NCBI RefSeq assembly: GCF_000143415.4
Contig: NW_003314391.1
Location: 124,001-188,000 of the forward strand
Length of the DNA stretch: 64,000 nt
Source: Selaginella moellendorffii
Lineage: Eukaryota; Plantae; Lycopodiophyta
Reading direction: 5' to 3'
The notes beneath the pieces are model-generated. The model was not told the origin of the DNA, did not search any database, and saw only the letters and a program-made list of their open reading frames with translations. Made by a program: the position numbers and the translations under genes. Positions 62,673 through 64,000 of this stretch are shown here, one piece after another (the first letter of the stretch is position 1; each line of letters begins with the position of its first letter).

Positions 62673-64000
62673 CTTATTGAAATGTTTTTCCCTAGTCATC
62701 TCGATCTGGAGACGTTGAGCTCAAGTTTTCTGTGCCTCCTCCTGCTACGTTGCTCCTTTGGTTGTTGCGACTAATGCCGTGCTTGCAGCCCTTTTTTCTC
62801 CAGTTCGCAGCGATAGTGCGACCGGGGTGTGCATTGTTTTCAACGCATATGGACCAGACACGAGCTTTTGCAAGCGTTGCCCTCCACGGAGCAAGAGCTG
62901 GTTGACATAGTTGCACACGGTGTAAAGAACACATGACGGTCAGCACACAGCTTTCCCAAGTTCGGGTGTCCTGGAGGGACTTCTGGCCTTATCAGCAGCA
63001 CGGCAGAATACTCCAGCAGGGTGGTGATAAACGCGAGCTCCATGATCAGACACTGGTGTAGAGCTGTTGCAGGAGATTGGAATGGCTCTTCCTTCGTTGC
63101 CTTATTGGAACGGGATTTCACTTGGAGGGCATGGAAGTTCCTTGTTAAGGAAGTGCCATTCACGTCACGAGTATGTGAAAGCGAGGACGATGGTCGTTCT
63201 AGTGACGGACGAAGACTTTAAATGCTGCCAAGGTCTGAGTTCTAGGAGTGATTGACTTTGTCACTGCAGCCGATATTCAAGAGATCGGTGAGAAGCGTCT
63301 GACGTAAATCAAGAGAAAGAGATGCATGAGTTTGGAGACGTGTCCTGGTATTCATTGAAGTACAAAGTCATCTACAGAGCATGGACGAAGTAGCAGTGGA
63401 GACGGTGTGAATGATTTCATTGGATTTCTTGAATCTCGAAAGAATTCTTGGTACGTGCTGTTTCTACTTGATCAAACAGTAGTGACTCATTCTTTTCCTT
63501 TTAAATAAAGTGACTCTAAGTAGACTGGGAATGTCACTACAGGGGAAGGCTTTAAAGAGCTCAAGTGGCATTACAACTAGTTATCTGGGTATTTAAACAT
63601 TTAATATTTTTAGGGTTTTTGGCTTAATTTACTTTTTTGGTGCACTTAGGGTTTGTCGTGTATTTGTGGAGTGGGTAAAATATCAAATTTGTTGAAATAA
63701 AATATTAAATTTGTTAGAAGTAAGGTTTTTAATGTTTATCTTAGTTCACATTTTCTTCAAAGAAAGTTAAAAAAATTTATTGTTACAAAAACTCTTTTAA
63801 TATTTATTATGTTTAGAAAGATTTTCTTGAGGAAGGATTATTTCCACAATAAAATAGTTCAACATGTTGTGGTGATGGAGTACTTTGTAATGAAATTAGC
63901 AGATCAAAAAGAGAATCTTGAAAAATATTTCTTTTTTTAATAATTTTTTCAAAATAATTTTTCTTATAGTTTTTATTTTAAAAGGTAATTGTAGCTCAAA

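Noticed and set aside
62690-63460. Coding-like fragments
   Set aside because: Multiple stops and frameshifts and no recognisable family.

Overview
Compact plant genomic DNA with very short (~50-60 nt) GT-AG introns, many degenerate PLS-type PPR fragments, a kinesin-2 and a cyanovirin-N homologue. This points to a flagellate-sperm vascular plant, most likely the lycophyte Selaginella (inferred, not confirmed). 1-13.5 kb: a decayed gypsy element, a truncated P-loop (Crinkler/RHS-type) gene, a locally duplicated mosaic block, PPR and PP2 pseudogenes, a small secreted phytosulfokine-like precursor and a CVNH lectin. 13.7-44.6 kb: dense gene cluster (ASK20/21-like SKP1, kinesin-2, BG1/PKS-motif protein, ROP, CEP164-like, NOT2, CCHC-KH protein, intact NTPase+REase gene, ATX1/2, RanBPM, DUF155/RRG-like, GA20ox-like). 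45.8-64 kb: repeat-rich, with a 5S-rRNA-bearing Cassandra-type TRIM (TSD ATTTC) into which a very young, intact Ty3/gypsy chromovirus (TSD GTTAG) has inserted. Most striking: the chromovirus integrase is split by two host-sized spliceosomal introns (47 and 52 nt). One lies inside the HPQTDGQTER catalytic motif, so active integrase would need splicing, yet the introns survived retrotransposition. A structured tandem T-loop element lies in its 3' UTR.
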